This document shows positions 35,724 through 46,480 of a DNA stretch of 64,000 nt, piece after piece (position 1 is the stretch's first letter; every line of letters starts with the position of its first letter). This DNA is from Corallochytrium limacisporum Hawaii (taxonomy: Eukaryota; Protista; Pluriformea). Made by a program: the position numbers and the translations under genes. A model generated the notes under the pieces. The model ran no database searches and had not been told where the DNA came from. It saw only the letters and a program-made list of their open reading frames with translations. The DNA lies in contig PDIP01000043.1 of assembly GCA_002811645.1 (NCBI GenBank), forward strand, positions 160,934-224,933, in the 5' to 3' direction.

Positions 35724-38345
35724 TTACCTAAGGTTTTGAAGTAACGTCTTCGTAACCTGACGTCCACGTTGCAAATTCAGAAGGCGTGTACGTTCGTTGG
35801 CCAAATGGGCTCCGTCCGAGGACTGACCCATGGGCATATGCAGTGCTTTGGCTCCAAATATTTGCTCAAGGTATGAAGTCATAGGAATGGAACCGCCCTC
35901 ACGCGTAAGGAATGGCGCTTTGCCCCAATGTTCCTCAATGGATTGGGAAGCGGCCTGGAAAAGCGGGGAATTGTAGTCCCCCTGCCACCAGTCACCAGTG
36001 TCGGCATCGGTGACAGTCAGTTTGTTGCCGGATCCAATCTTGGCCATAATGTCCTCCAAATGCTTCTGAGTTTTGCTAACCACGTCGTTGATACGTTGCG
36101 AGGCCACAATACGCATGCTGACCTTTGCGGTTACCTTGTGTGGTATGACAGTATCTGTACCTGGACCACTGCTGCGAACGCTGTGGATAGAGCAAGTTGG
36201 TTCTCTCCAGCGCTTCATCAGAAGCTCACGGGAGTCCTTGGTGACCACGGCCTCCAGGTCTTCACCAGTACTGTACTTGAGCTCAGCGTCCTGGAATTGA
36301 TCGTACAAAGCTTCCTCGTGAGATGTTAGAGGTGCGACATCATCGTAGAAGCCAGGTACAAGGCATTTGGCTTCGGAATTGACCAGGGATCCAAGCAGTT
36401 TGGTCATGTCACTGAAAGGTTCGTTGATTGTACCACCTTCGATACCACTATGCAAATCAGCATTCTGGCTTTCCACCACTATGTCGAATCGGACCACACC
36501 ACGCAGGCCATATATCAGACAAGGGTGAGTGTCACCAATCCAATAGGAATTGGAGATGAGAATGTAGGAAGTCTCGCCAAAGAAGTCGAGATTATTGGCC
36601 ATCAGACCGCGGAAGTCCTTGGAACCAATTTCCTCACTGCCATCTACCACAAACCCAACGTTGACATCTAACTGGCCCATATCCAGAAGATCACGAACGG
36701 CAAATATCATAGCAACAAGGGGACCCTTGTTGTCTGTGACACCACGACCATACAAGTAACCGTCGATACCGCGCAACTCGAAAGGATCTGTTCGCCACTG
36801 CGTCGCTCCTGCGCGAGAATTGGCTGGCTGCACGTCGTAGTGGGCATAGATGAGCACCGTAGGTTGGGACTTCGGATTTTCTTTGGCATCAAATCGGGCC
36901 ATGACAATCGGAGGTGACTCGTCACTCGAGGCATCCAGCTTGGTTTCCGCACCCAGGCTCTCGAAGCACTCTCGCAGGTATTGTGCGCAGTCCCAGCAGG
37001 CATTGATGCATGATTCCTTAGCGCTGACTGTGCGATACGCAATCAATTGTTCGAGAACAGCATACATGTCATCTTCCGGATTGAACAATGTGGGGAGCAT
37101 GTCTTCGCCTTCGTTTACATTGGTGGTTGCCGTCTCCAAGCTGATCTGCCAAACACGTAGTTCTCCGTCTCCTCCTCCACTAACAAAGTGGTTCTCTCCT
37201 GCTGGCGTGATGGACAGTACAGGTCCACTGTGGTCAGTCAGGCTGTCCACGATGGTGTATTCCGGATTCAGGCAATGAATAAGCCCGTCCGCAGACGCAC
37301 TGAAGAGGAGATCATGCGCATAGCAAAGAGCAAGCACATCATCATTGTGGGCTTTCAGTTTCCGACGACATTTCAAACTCTCCCCATCCCAAACTTTGAT
37401 GCATCCATCCTGGCCCGCGCTGATGATGAGGCGGCCGATTGTAACTATAGAGAGAATCCCACCATCATGGGCCGTAAAGGTGGTCCTGAGTTGCAACGGT
37501 TCGTCCCCATCGGGCGCCACGCGCCAGATCTTGATACTTCCGTCTCCGCCACCCGATACCAAGTGAAATCCACCTTCTGGACCCAGCCTCAGAGAAGCTA
37601 GCGAGTACACATAACCATGATGGCGTACCTTGTAAGCTTCTGAACTGTCAGGAGCAGGAGTGACCTCCACAGTACTCATGACCTCGTCCGGGACAGCTGT
37701 CACGGTACCGTTCATGTGATCTGATGGACTATTCTTGACCACCAGATTCGAGATGTCGATAACTTGAATGCTATTGTTTTGGCATCCTGCAAACAAATAG
37801 TCGCTCTTCGGCAAGATTTCCAGTCCATAAATGTCCCCTACAGGATTGGTAAAGTGATACTGTGCCATTAGCATCAGGGACTCCGGAGTTGCCCGCCATG
37901 CCTTGATATATCCGTCCCCAGACGACGTGAAGAAGAGGTTTCTCTCTTCACACATAAATGTGGCAAGAACAGACTTCTCATGGCCCTTAACAGAGGCCAC
38001 TCTCAAATAGGTCTCCGCATTCCATGCAGTTACTTGCCCGGACTCAGTGGCGGCATAAATATAGGAGTCTCCACACGCCGTACTTAGTACCGAGTCGGCG
38101 CATGTTAGAGTGTGTACGCATTTGATGTTCACGTATTGAACCCGTTGCAGCGGTACGCGGGGCTTCCGCTTAATAACCTGCACAGTGGTCGCATCATCAA
38201 GGACCACCGTAGATTGCTTTCTCATTATAGAATTTCCCGATTGTATCCGTGCGTCAGTTGGCCGAACTTCGACTAGGTGGTCATCGGCTGAGAGCGGCTC
38301 GGGACCATTATGACGAGGAGCACCCTTGTATTTAGGGGAATTCAT
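35724..38345 (-). CDS. DUG2: DUG2-like WD40 + M20A peptidase-like protein (glutathione degradation scaffold)
   Basis: N-terminal WD40 repeats (HHGYVYSL, VSGGGDGSIKIW) fused to an M20 domain (HYDVQPA, GRGVTDNKG, GSEEIGS, DLHSG, REGGSIP, GAHLANE). ISNSYW replaces the metal-ligand Asp of Dug1/CNDP2 (ISDNYW). Confidence 0.88.
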   Translation of the reverse strand: MNSPKYKGAPRHNGPEPLSADDHLVEVRPTDARIQSGNSIMRKQSTVVLDDATTVQVIKRKPRVPLQRVQYVNIKCVHTLTCADSVLSTACGDSYIYAATESGQVTAWNAETYLRVASVKGHEKSVLATFMCEERNLFFTSSGDGYIKAWRATPESLMLMAQYHFTNPVGDIYGLEILPKSDYLFAGCQNNSIQVIDISNLVVKNSPSDHMNGTVTAVPDEVMSTVEVTPAPDSSEAYKVRHHGYVYSLASLRLGPEGGFHLVSGGGDGSIKIWRVAPDGDEPLQLRTTFTAHDGGILSIVTIGRLIISAGQDGCIKVWDGESLKCRRKLKAHNDDVLALCYAHDLLFSASADGLIHCLNPEYTIVDSLTDHSGPVLSITPAGENHFVSGGGDGELRVWQISLETATTNVNEGEDMLPTLFNPEDDMYAVLEQLIAYRTVSAKESCINACWDCAQYLRECFESLGAETKLDASSDESPPIVMARFDAKENPKSQPTVLIYAHYDVQPANSRAGATQWRTDPFELRGIDGYLYGRGVTDNKGPLVAMIFAVRDLLDMGQLDVNVGFVVDGSEEIGSKDFRGLMANNLDFFGETSYILISNSYWIGDTHPCLIYGLRGVVRFDIVVESQNADLHSGIEGGTINEPFSDMTKLLGSLVNSEAKCLVPGFYDDVAPLTSHEEALYDQFQDAELKYSTGEDLEAVVTKDSRELLMKRWREPTCSIHSVRSSGPGTDTVIPHKVTAKVSMRIVASQRINDVVSKTQKHLEDIMAKIGSGNKLTVTDADTGDWWQGDYNSPLFQAASQSIEEHWGKAPFLTREGGSIPMTSYLEQIFGAKALHMPMGQSSDGAHLANERTRLLNLQRGRQVTKTLLQNLR

Positions 38346-38652
38346 TATTTTCCGAAGGGTTCTATTTATATTGTAGAAAGTGCTTCAGGGGGTCACCTCA
38401 TGTTCTCAACCTACTGCCCGCTTGGTTTCAGAGCTTTCCCAGTCAAATACAGAACGATTTACCAGGTCAGTCGTTCCTCATCGATCTAATATCCATTTAC
38501 GTCTGAAATATCTTGGGCAGGCCATGGATACGCGGACTCGTCTCACTGTCTGTTTAGATCAGGAATCTCCCCGCTCCCGTGTGTATCGCAGGCAGAGCGG
38601 CACTTGCGAATTCTCCATCCGGGGAAGGGCCTCTGCCCGGCCAGCTAACAGG

Positions 38653-38669
38653 CCCCCCTCCCCCCGGGG
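38653..38669. promoter_or_regulatory. C-run/G-run element in DUG2/mannosidase divergent region
   Basis: C6-T-C6-G4 followed by a G-rich tract. Confidence 0.45.
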
Positions 38670-40410
38670 TTCGGCCTCGGGGAGAGGGGAGGGGAGGAGT
38701 GGAGGCCAGTTTGGTCCAGGGTGGGGTTTGGGGGCGGGAGCCACACTCTCCCGAAAGCACTCTGTAGGCAACAAGAAGGGGAAAATGAGTCCTACTACTA
38801 CCGTTTTCCCTGCGTTCCGATCCCATCACACATTCCTTTCCTTTGGAGTCGAGGAAAGATCTGTTCAGACTTTCTCATACGAGCGAATGGAAAGGTTTGG
38901 GGGAAGGGGAGAGGAGGAGGAAGGGGAGAGGACGAGGAAGGGGGGTCCAACTGGCTATCGCCGCTGCGCAGGTTTATTTAGAGGGTGGGCAGAGCATACC
39001 CACACACTTTTACCCACATCCGTGTGTGGTGCATGACACAATTCTTGCCGTTTTTAGGTGGTATTCTTTCGCACCAAAGCCTCCGACACCCGCCCCCTTC
39101 CCTCACCCCTGAGAATAGGAAATCGTCGTGCGATGTGCGGTTCTCCTTTTGGGTTTTTCGTTCGTGCTCTTGGTCGCGCGCATAAGCCGGCCGGATGTCG
39201 ATGGGATTTCGCGGTGTCCCCTTTGGTCCTGAGTATCGCAGTATCGGCGCGTTGCGGCTTCAACCCCGGTCGTGCTTCTGACCAATTTCTCGATTCTCTT
39301 TTTTTGGTTCTGCTGCACCTGGGCGTAAGCGAAGAATGCAAGATACACGTGCGATTGGACACGAGTGGAAAGGGGTTCAAATTTCGGACTAAAGACTGTC
39401 AAACTCGGGCCAAAGCAGGGGCAAGCTGGAACACACGGACAACACCCACAGACCCACAAGAGGGGAGGACGCCAAGTTCCGGATAAGCAAGTTTTGGCCG
39501 GAGCACGGCCAGTCAGTACTTCATGCCCTTCTCACTGGGCAGGGCCGGCCTGATCTGAATTTGCCTTTTCCATTTACTGTCTGTTTCCCTCTCTTTCCCC
39601 TTGCTTCCTCGCGGTGCTGTGCGGAAGCGGGAGATCCTGTAACTCTGAAAGTCCCCTGTCCCCTAAAAGCGGAAAGGAACCAGAGCCAGAAATTTGGTTA
39701 AGTCTTTCGAGTGCACGTAAAATCATCGCCAGTGGAGGGGAGCGCAGGTGTGCGTAGTCTTCAGAGCCTGAGCCACTCTTCCGAGAAGGACTTTCCGTAA
39801 GGAGCGGTAAAAAGGAAAAAAGAAAATGGAAGGAGACGGTAGATTGTGGCTATACATGTGCACTCACGACTACCAAATTTCTGACACTGATCGGGTGGGG
39901 ACAAGAGTCCTTTCAGAGGACCAGGATCACGCTCCATACATAAACTACGACCAACGAAAATTGTAAAAGGCAGATAGAGAGTGTTGAAGTGGTATCGGTC
40001 TCTACTCTGGCGTCAGTTTCTTCGACTTAGACTATATGGTGGCGGGGGCACCGGATCGCTGCCGTTTGCAGCTGGCAGTAGTGAGTATATGGTCACATAG
40101 CTCGAGACTTTCCTGGTCGGACCCGAGAACGGAGAGGGCGGTGGTGCAATGCCACGAAAGTGATGAGGGAGCCTTTTTGGGATCTTTATTTTGTGTTTGT
40201 TTCGTATTTGAAATACAACGTTATTGAATCATTAAAATATCTAAGTTTTGGTCAGAACAAAATCGCGAAAAAGAGATCTTACTGAAAATCAAAGGGGACC
40301 ATGTTCCGGCATACCGACACCGCATTTATATTTGTATAGGGATATCGCGAACCAATTTACTGACGTAGACTTCACTTACGTTCGGATTGGCTGAAAGCCT
40401 CGATATCATA

Positions 40411-42279
40411 ATGAAGCTGAACATTGCTTTGAGGCCCATAGTAAGAGGCCTAAGCGTGGCAGTATTGTTCGGAATTGTATACTGGCTTTCAAAGGGGTTT
40501 GGACAGTATCTCTCAGAAAATCGGCCAACGTTTCAATTTGGGCCTTTGGGCTTCGAGACTGGCAACGAACCGTCAGTTAGAGCACACGAAGGTGTATCGG
40601 CGAAAGAGGTTGCGAAAGATCCTGAACATCCTTTGGATGATGATGATGACGTAGCGCACGACAAGTATGATGGCGACTTCGATCCGCAAAACTTTGGCAA
40701 CAAGCCAGATGCCGCACACAAGCCGAGTTCTGCAGCCGAAACAGATCCAGATCCAGCGTTTTCGACAGTGACCTTGAATATGATACAAAATGGTGGTGCA
40801 TTCAATGGGAAGCACAATGAGAAACAGCAGGCTGTTATCGATGCTTTCCGGGAGACTATGTCGGAATACCGAGCGAGTGCATGGGGTCACGATGAGGTTA
40901 AGCCTATCAGTAGGGTACCCTACGATTGGTTCGGGATAGGTTTAATGATGCTCGACAACCTCGATTTGGCCATCATTATGGGCCAACAGGATTGGTATGA
41001 AAAAATGCATAGCTGGGTTGCGAGTTTCGACGTACATAAAGGGATGCGGTGCAATACCTTTGAGACCACCATTCGCGCCCTTGGTGGGGTTCTATCGGCA
41101 TACTATCTTACTGGGGACGAAGTTTTCCTTGACGTAGCTCGTAAAATTGGTTACCCGTTGGTGGACAGCACCTTGCACCACGGAAACAAGATTCCAGATC
41201 AGTGGGTCAACCTCGTAACCGGAGGAACGCCTGGAGTTGTGACCAACCTGGCAGAAGTGGGTACCCTGCAACTGGAATGGACCTACCTTTCCTATGCGGT
41301 TCAAGACCCGTGGCCCGCACAGGCTGCGCACCAGATTTATGAAGAGATTTGGAAAATTGCAGAGGATGGTCTAGTAGATGCGGTCCTAATAGCTACTCCC
41401 ACATTGCGTGGTAGTGGTCCGCGGTATACCATGAATGGTGGTAGTGACAGTTACTATGAGTATCTACTAAAGTTATGGATCCAGACTGGTAAGACAGAAC
41501 AACGTTACCTGGATGAGTACGTAGCGGCAATTAGGAACTTCAGGACGCATTTCATGCGACAATCGCAAACGTCGAAGCTCTGGTATATAGGTGAATTCGG
41601 TAGAGACAGTTCGGGCAATTTTTTCGAGGCAGAACCGATGATGGAGCATTTGGCGTGCTTCCTTCCTGGCACATTGATGCTTGGTTGGTACCACAATGTT
41701 CCGGATCGTGACGAACATCGTATTATGGCCGAACGACTACTGGAAACATGTATGGCTATATACGAGACGCCAACGGGCCTGGCACCGGAAAATGTCTACT
41801 TTGGCTATTCTGCTAAGGGTAGACACTTTGATCAGTATCCTGATGTTGTGGTATCTTCGAAGGGCCGGGTCAATCACTTGCGACCGGAGACTGTGGAAAG
41901 TCTCTGGTACTTCTACGTGATCACGGGTGAGAAGAAATGGCAGGACTATGGTTGGAAGTACTTCAATGCATTCCATGAGCATGCTAGACTACCAGAAGGT
42001 GGCTATGCTACCGTTGTCAATGTTTTTGACGTCCCAGCGAGTCCCTACAACAAGCTTCACACATTCTGGTCCGCAGAGACACTGAAGTATTTCTTTCTAC
42101 TCTTTGCAGACCACGATGAGCAACCTTTCCCGCTGAATAATTACGTCTTCACCACGGAGGCCCACCCATTGCCTGTCCTGGGTGGTCGCTTTGACGGCCA
42201 CACAGACAAGAGAGACCTCGACAGAATCCGCCGCAGGATCTACCATCGTATTCGTCGTGCGCACGAGACTATTGCATGA
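40411..42279 (+). CDS. Class I alpha-1,2-mannosidase (GH47), type II membrane protein
   Basis: N-terminal TM, then AWGHDEVKP, TFETTIRALGGVLSAY, DSYYEYLLK, EHLACF, TGLAPE, LRPETVES, AETLKY, FTTEAHP. Confidence 0.95.
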   Translation: MKLNIALRPIVRGLSVAVLFGIVYWLSKGFGQYLSENRPTFQFGPLGFETGNEPSVRAHEGVSAKEVAKDPEHPLDDDDDVAHDKYDGDFDPQNFGNKPDAAHKPSSAAETDPDPAFSTVTLNMIQNGGAFNGKHNEKQQAVIDAFRETMSEYRASAWGHDEVKPISRVPYDWFGIGLMMLDNLDLAIIMGQQDWYEKMHSWVASFDVHKGMRCNTFETTIRALGGVLSAYYLTGDEVFLDVARKIGYPLVDSTLHHGNKIPDQWVNLVTGGTPGVVTNLAEVGTLQLEWTYLSYAVQDPWPAQAAHQIYEEIWKIAEDGLVDAVLIATPTLRGSGPRYTMNGGSDSYYEYLLKLWIQTGKTEQRYLDEYVAAIRNFRTHFMRQSQTSKLWYIGEFGRDSSGNFFEAEPMMEHLACFLPGTLMLGWYHNVPDRDEHRIMAERLLETCMAIYETPTGLAPENVYFGYSAKGRHFDQYPDVVVSSKGRVNHLRPETVESLWYFYVITGEKKWQDYGWKYFNAFHEHARLPEGGYATVVNVFDVPASPYNKLHTFWSAETLKYFFLLFADHDEQPFPLNNYVFTTEAHPLPVLGGRFDGHTDKRDLDRIRRRIYHRIRRAHETIA

Positions 42280-43325
42280 GCAACGAATGTACAGCACTCG
42301 ACGAGTCTATCGGAGCCTTGACCTAGCACATAGATAAATTCATAGCTGCCTAGAGATCAGGAGGGAATTCATAAGCAATCCATTTTTGATATTTACGCAC
42401 GCACGCACGCACGAACCCCCTGACCAGAAGATCTTCAGGACTCTGGGGAGATATCCACCCGGCTGCCAGCACTGACATCCACGAATCCATCGATCTTTAT
42501 CTGAGACCTCGCATTGTCGAGGGCGACTCGATGACCACACTGCCTCTATATTACAATGATCGTGGGCAGAAGTCTATCTTAGTAGAGCCAATAAAGGCCC
42601 ATGTTGAGCACAAGTATTTCACCCTCAATATCCAACAGTGTGAGAACTGTGCCCACTTAGCCTCACTTGTCGGCCTCTGGTCAGCGGCGTCCCAACACAC
42701 ACACCTCCCCCCACCTCACCTCGTTCCCCGGGCCCCCTACCGCAGGGGAGTCCATTTTCGCGCCAATTTTGTTCGCTTCCGACCGGAGTGTGGCTGTTGG
42801 AGACCCGTTCGACAAGCACACACACGAGCCCCAGCGGGCGAGGCAGGCAGGTGTGGGGAGTCACAACAGAACGGCCAGGCGGAACGAAAAATATTCTGGG
42901 GAACGCGTAAAACCGAACACAAACCGTTCAATCGGGGTACCATGTAACGATGATGCCTCACTGGAACATCATAGTCTTTAGCGTACATCGCATTCTAGTG
43001 GGCTTGGGCTGCAGTGGTCATCTGTTGCCACGTATGTTGGCAATTCAGGGGTGGGAACGGAGTCCATCGTGTGCACCCGTATCAGGCCTGATCGCCTGTG
43101 CAAGCACATTGTGTGTCCCACCAGGCTCCAAATGGTACTTGACTTAGTCACCATGGGAAAATCAATTGCAATGAGAACTTCTCTCTCTAACGCAAACGTT
43201 GAAATCAATCTCAACAGCGAAGTACGGCTACACACATCTCTCGGCATGCGCTAAGTTTCGTCAGAGAGACTACTCCTGAGAAATCTCACTGATCTAGGAA
43301 TAGTGACAGCAGAGAAAAGAGAACA

Positions 43326-44081
43326 ATGGCGCCGATTTCAAAAGATCGCCAGAAGGAGCTTGTGAAAAAGTTTCGGGCATTCACAAATACCAACAGCAAG
43401 ACCGCAATTGCAGTACTCAGTCAGGCCAACTGGAGGCTCGAACTAGCAATTGATCGGTACCTCAGCGGCCATGGAAACTTTGAAGTCAGTGATATTGATG
43501 CTGGTAAAGCTGAGGGATTTTTCAATGCATACAAAGATGACAAGTCCGGAATTATTGACATTGATGGCATTGAAAAGCTGTGCAGTGACCTTGAAGTGGA
43601 AGTAACCGACGTAGTCGTTCTCATGATAGCATGCAAAATGCACGCCAAGGAAATGGGTAAGTTCACACAGCAGGAATTCTTGCATGGTATGGAAGAGATG
43701 GGAACGGACACTTTGGAGGGCCTGAAGGGTAAGATCGCTGGTCTTCGACAAGAAATGGATGATCCTGCCACATTTAAGCAGCTGTATCAGTATGCATTTG
43801 ATTTTGGCAGGGATCCGGGTCAAAAGGGCCTGTCCTTGCAGACGGCTATGGGCTATTGGCAACTTCTCATGAGCGACCGCTTCAAACACCTAAACGAATG
43901 GTTGGAATTCCTACAGGAAAAGCACAACAATCGCACAATCTCCAAGGACACGTGGAATCTGTTGCTGGACTTCAGTCGCCACATCAACGATGACATGAGC
44001 AATTATGACGAGACTGAAGCCTGGCCAGTCCTGATTGATGAATTTGTTGAGTACCACAAGGAAAAGGCCGGAGCTGCATGA
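43326..44081 (+). CDS. DCUN1D1: DCN1-like cullin neddylation E3 (UBA + PONY)
   Basis: UBA-like N-terminus ([12 protein letters not shown]), [39 protein letters not shown]. Confidence 0.93.
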   Translation: MAPISKDRQKELVKKFRAFTNTNSKTAIAVLSQANWRLELAIDRYLSGHGNFEVSDIDAGKAEGFFNAYKDDKSGIIDIDGIEKLCSDLEVEVTDVVVLMIACKMHAKEMGKFTQQEFLHGMEEMGTDTLEGLKGKIAGLRQEMDDPATFKQLYQYAFDFGRDPGQKGLSLQTAMGYWQLLMSDRFKHLNEWLEFLQEKHNNRTISKDTWNLLLDFSRHINDDMSNYDETEAWPVLIDEFVEYHKEKAGAA

Positions 44082-44190
44082 CGTAGCAGGCTACCAGGAC
44101 ATGAGCATCAGTTCACATAGAAAACAAACGGGAATGATTGAATCCGCCATAATTATATTTCGTATGATGTATTTGAGTTCATCTGAGTTG

Positions 44191-45748
44191 TCATGAACAC
44201 TCGTATAGTGACTCTAGTTTAGACATGTTGTCTTTGAGGATACCAGACCAGGAGTCCTCTTCTTGAACAACACGGACTGGCATCCCGAGACCCTCTACCG
44301 TCAAATTGTGGTATGTTTTAACCAGAATCTTGTAGGCAGCGTTGCGAGCAGCAACAATGGAGCTATGCCCCGGGAATACACTTACGCGCATCTTCTTGCT
44401 CTCCTTGCGCTATCTTTCCTCCGCACTGAGCTCATCGTTCGGCAGAAGGTCCATGTCTTGGTGTACCCACGATGACTCCCACTGGACATCGTCACCTTCG
44501 GTCTTAACCTGCGAATTCTGGCGCCGTTGCATACGTAATGGGGCTCTTGCACGATTGTTTCGATTGTTAATGCCGCGAGTATTGACTTTATCGTCGATGA
44601 TGTTCGAACTGACTGCAATTTTGACGTTTTGTTGCAGCTGTACAAGTGCATCGTATAGTTTAAGAAGAATGCTGACACGATCCTCTATCAATCGCCGACA
44701 GTCTGCACAAATACATCGGAGGCCTGCCAAAACCTTCTTCTCCAGTGGTCCTACCGTCGTGCAAAGCAATTTCGATGTGGTTCTTTCTTTAGCACACAGC
44801 TCCTGCAGCTCTCTGCGTTTTGTAGGATGGGCTCAAGGGTGCACGAAGAGATGAAGCAATGTTCTGGCGTTCCTGAGCCCAATGGCCTGTGATAGCTCTG
44901 TACTGTTCACGATATTCATTGCTCAAGCTTACCATCCTTTCTATGGCATCTCGCAGAAACATGTTGAGATACGCTTGAGGAAGAGCCTCCATGATAGCAC
45001 CAAATTGTTGTAGTTGCGCACGGTAGGTTAAAATTGCAGCCCGGTAGTGCTGATAGATTGGCTCCTTGAGTTCCTCGATGACTCCCAGGGCATTGTAATG
45101 GAATTCATCGATTGTTGATTTCAGCACTTCTGGCGAGGTACTGGGACGAGATCCTTTGGTTTCATAGTACTTCTCCGCAATATCCAAAAGATCGCTGTAG
45201 CTATCTGCAGCGCAAGAATGGACTACATTCAGCAGAGTAACGTCGATAACAATGTTGGACATCGGCCCCCTTCGTTTGCGACGCATCTTCCTGGTGTTTG
45301 CGTGCAAGATTGGCCCGCCGGTCTTGTGTTGGCTTCGAGCTTCAATACAAGACTTTCCAGCAATGTTCACCCGTCCTTGGGACTCGTCGCCTTCCAGGTC
45401 CTGCCAAGCCACGCTAAGGGGATTCAGGTAGTTTCGTTTGACCGTGGCCATGCCGCCACACATGGGTACGTCCTCACCACCTGAAGTGTTGTGGATACGA
45501 ACGAGATCCGTATAAGATGGTGCATAATCTCCATCCTTTCTGTATACGGCAGTCAGATGTCCATGAGTTTGGACGCATCTTCAACTAAGCAAGGCAGTAA
45601 GTGCGAACTGGACGACGCATCTCTTGGCTTGTGGGTCTCCAAATAAAGCCCACGACCGGCGGACTAACATCCCTGAGGACGTCAATATACTCAACAGCTT
45701 CTGGCCCCTCGTCTCTAGCCTAGAACGGTTCTCTCCGGATACCGACAT
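44191..45748 (-). pseudogene. CCDC180: CCDC180/CFAP76 (DUF4456) pseudogene, C-terminal part
   Basis: Three collinear pieces resemble the CCDC180 C-terminus: DLLDIAEKYYETKGSRPSTSPE, LRAPL/AHP..RELQELCAKE, and GHSSIVAARNAAY...W...LESLY. They are separated by a 1-nt insertion (~44833) and an in-frame TAG (44412-44410). There is a further in-frame TGA at 45583-45581. Confidence 0.8.
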
Positions 45749-46084
45749 TGAAGAAATATTAAATCAGAAAAAATCAAAACTCATTTCTGTGATAGTATAA
45801 ATTTATGGGGTCGTTACATTAAATCATATGATTGGATTATTGTAGTTGTGCCCTCCTGCAAATGTATGCATTTAAGCCACTCCAATACGAGGCCGTAAAG
45901 TAAACAAGAGTGTGAGGTCGGAAAACATCAGGTGCCCCTCACCGTATACCCCTCGCGTTTCACACCCCGACGACCAGCACAGAAAGTTCGACCAGGCTGT
46001 GGGGTACCACGGAGCCTTCTTGTGTGACGGAGGATGTGGTTGTTTTGGCATGGATGGCAATGGTAATAGAGGCTGAATCATAAG

Positions 46085-46139
46085 GTATTTCGAATTTCCA
46101 GACAGTTGTACAGACTGAGTAAGGCATTTTCATACTTAG
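46085..46139 (+). other. Predicted 5'-UTR intron of NDUFA1
   Basis: AAG|GTATTT ... ttttcatactTAG|G (55 nt). Confidence 0.5.
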
Positions 46140-46172
46140 GAAGTTAAAAGGGACGAAACCAGAAACTTCATT

Positions 46173-46376
46173 ATGGCCTGGACAGACGTTTTCCCGGCCA
46201 CTATTCTCATTGGAGGCGCCATCATGGCCACCGGTTTTGGAATTCGGGCTATCGACTGGCTTGCAGGAAAGCCAATTCGTTACGCTCGGGATGAGTGGGA
46301 CTATCAGTCGGATCGTCGTGACCAGCGTCTTACTGGACGGAAGTGGCGCCAGCAGGGATTGGAAAAGATTGAGTAG
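46173..46376 (+). CDS. NDUFA1: NADH dehydrogenase 1 alpha subcomplex subunit 1 (MWFE)
   Basis: 67 aa with N-terminal TM (WTDVFPATILIGG), GKPIRY, RRDQRLTG and GLEKIE C-terminus. Confidence 0.85.
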   Translation: MAWTDVFPATILIGGAIMATGFGIRAIDWLAGKPIRYARDEWDYQSDRRDQRLTGRKWRQQGLEKIE

Positions 46377-46480
46377 CTCATTCACATGGTGATGATATAA
46401 AACAGCACATATAACTACGTAGTTTGGTATCGGATATCGAAGAAAATTTTTATGTAACGTATTTGACATGGGATTATTGT

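Noticed and set aside
39648-39657. GAAAGTCCCC resembling the RNase MRP P4 5' strand (and GGGGCTCATT at ~56207)
   Set aside because: The matching partner motif is absent within a plausible distance in both cases.
44410-45583. Programmed read-through, selenocysteine or A-to-I rescue of CCDC180 stops
   Set aside because: The lesions are heterogeneous (TGA, TAG, 1-nt insertion), there is no slippery site with a zero-frame stop, and TAG/TGA are normal stops in neighbouring genes. Pseudogenisation is simpler.
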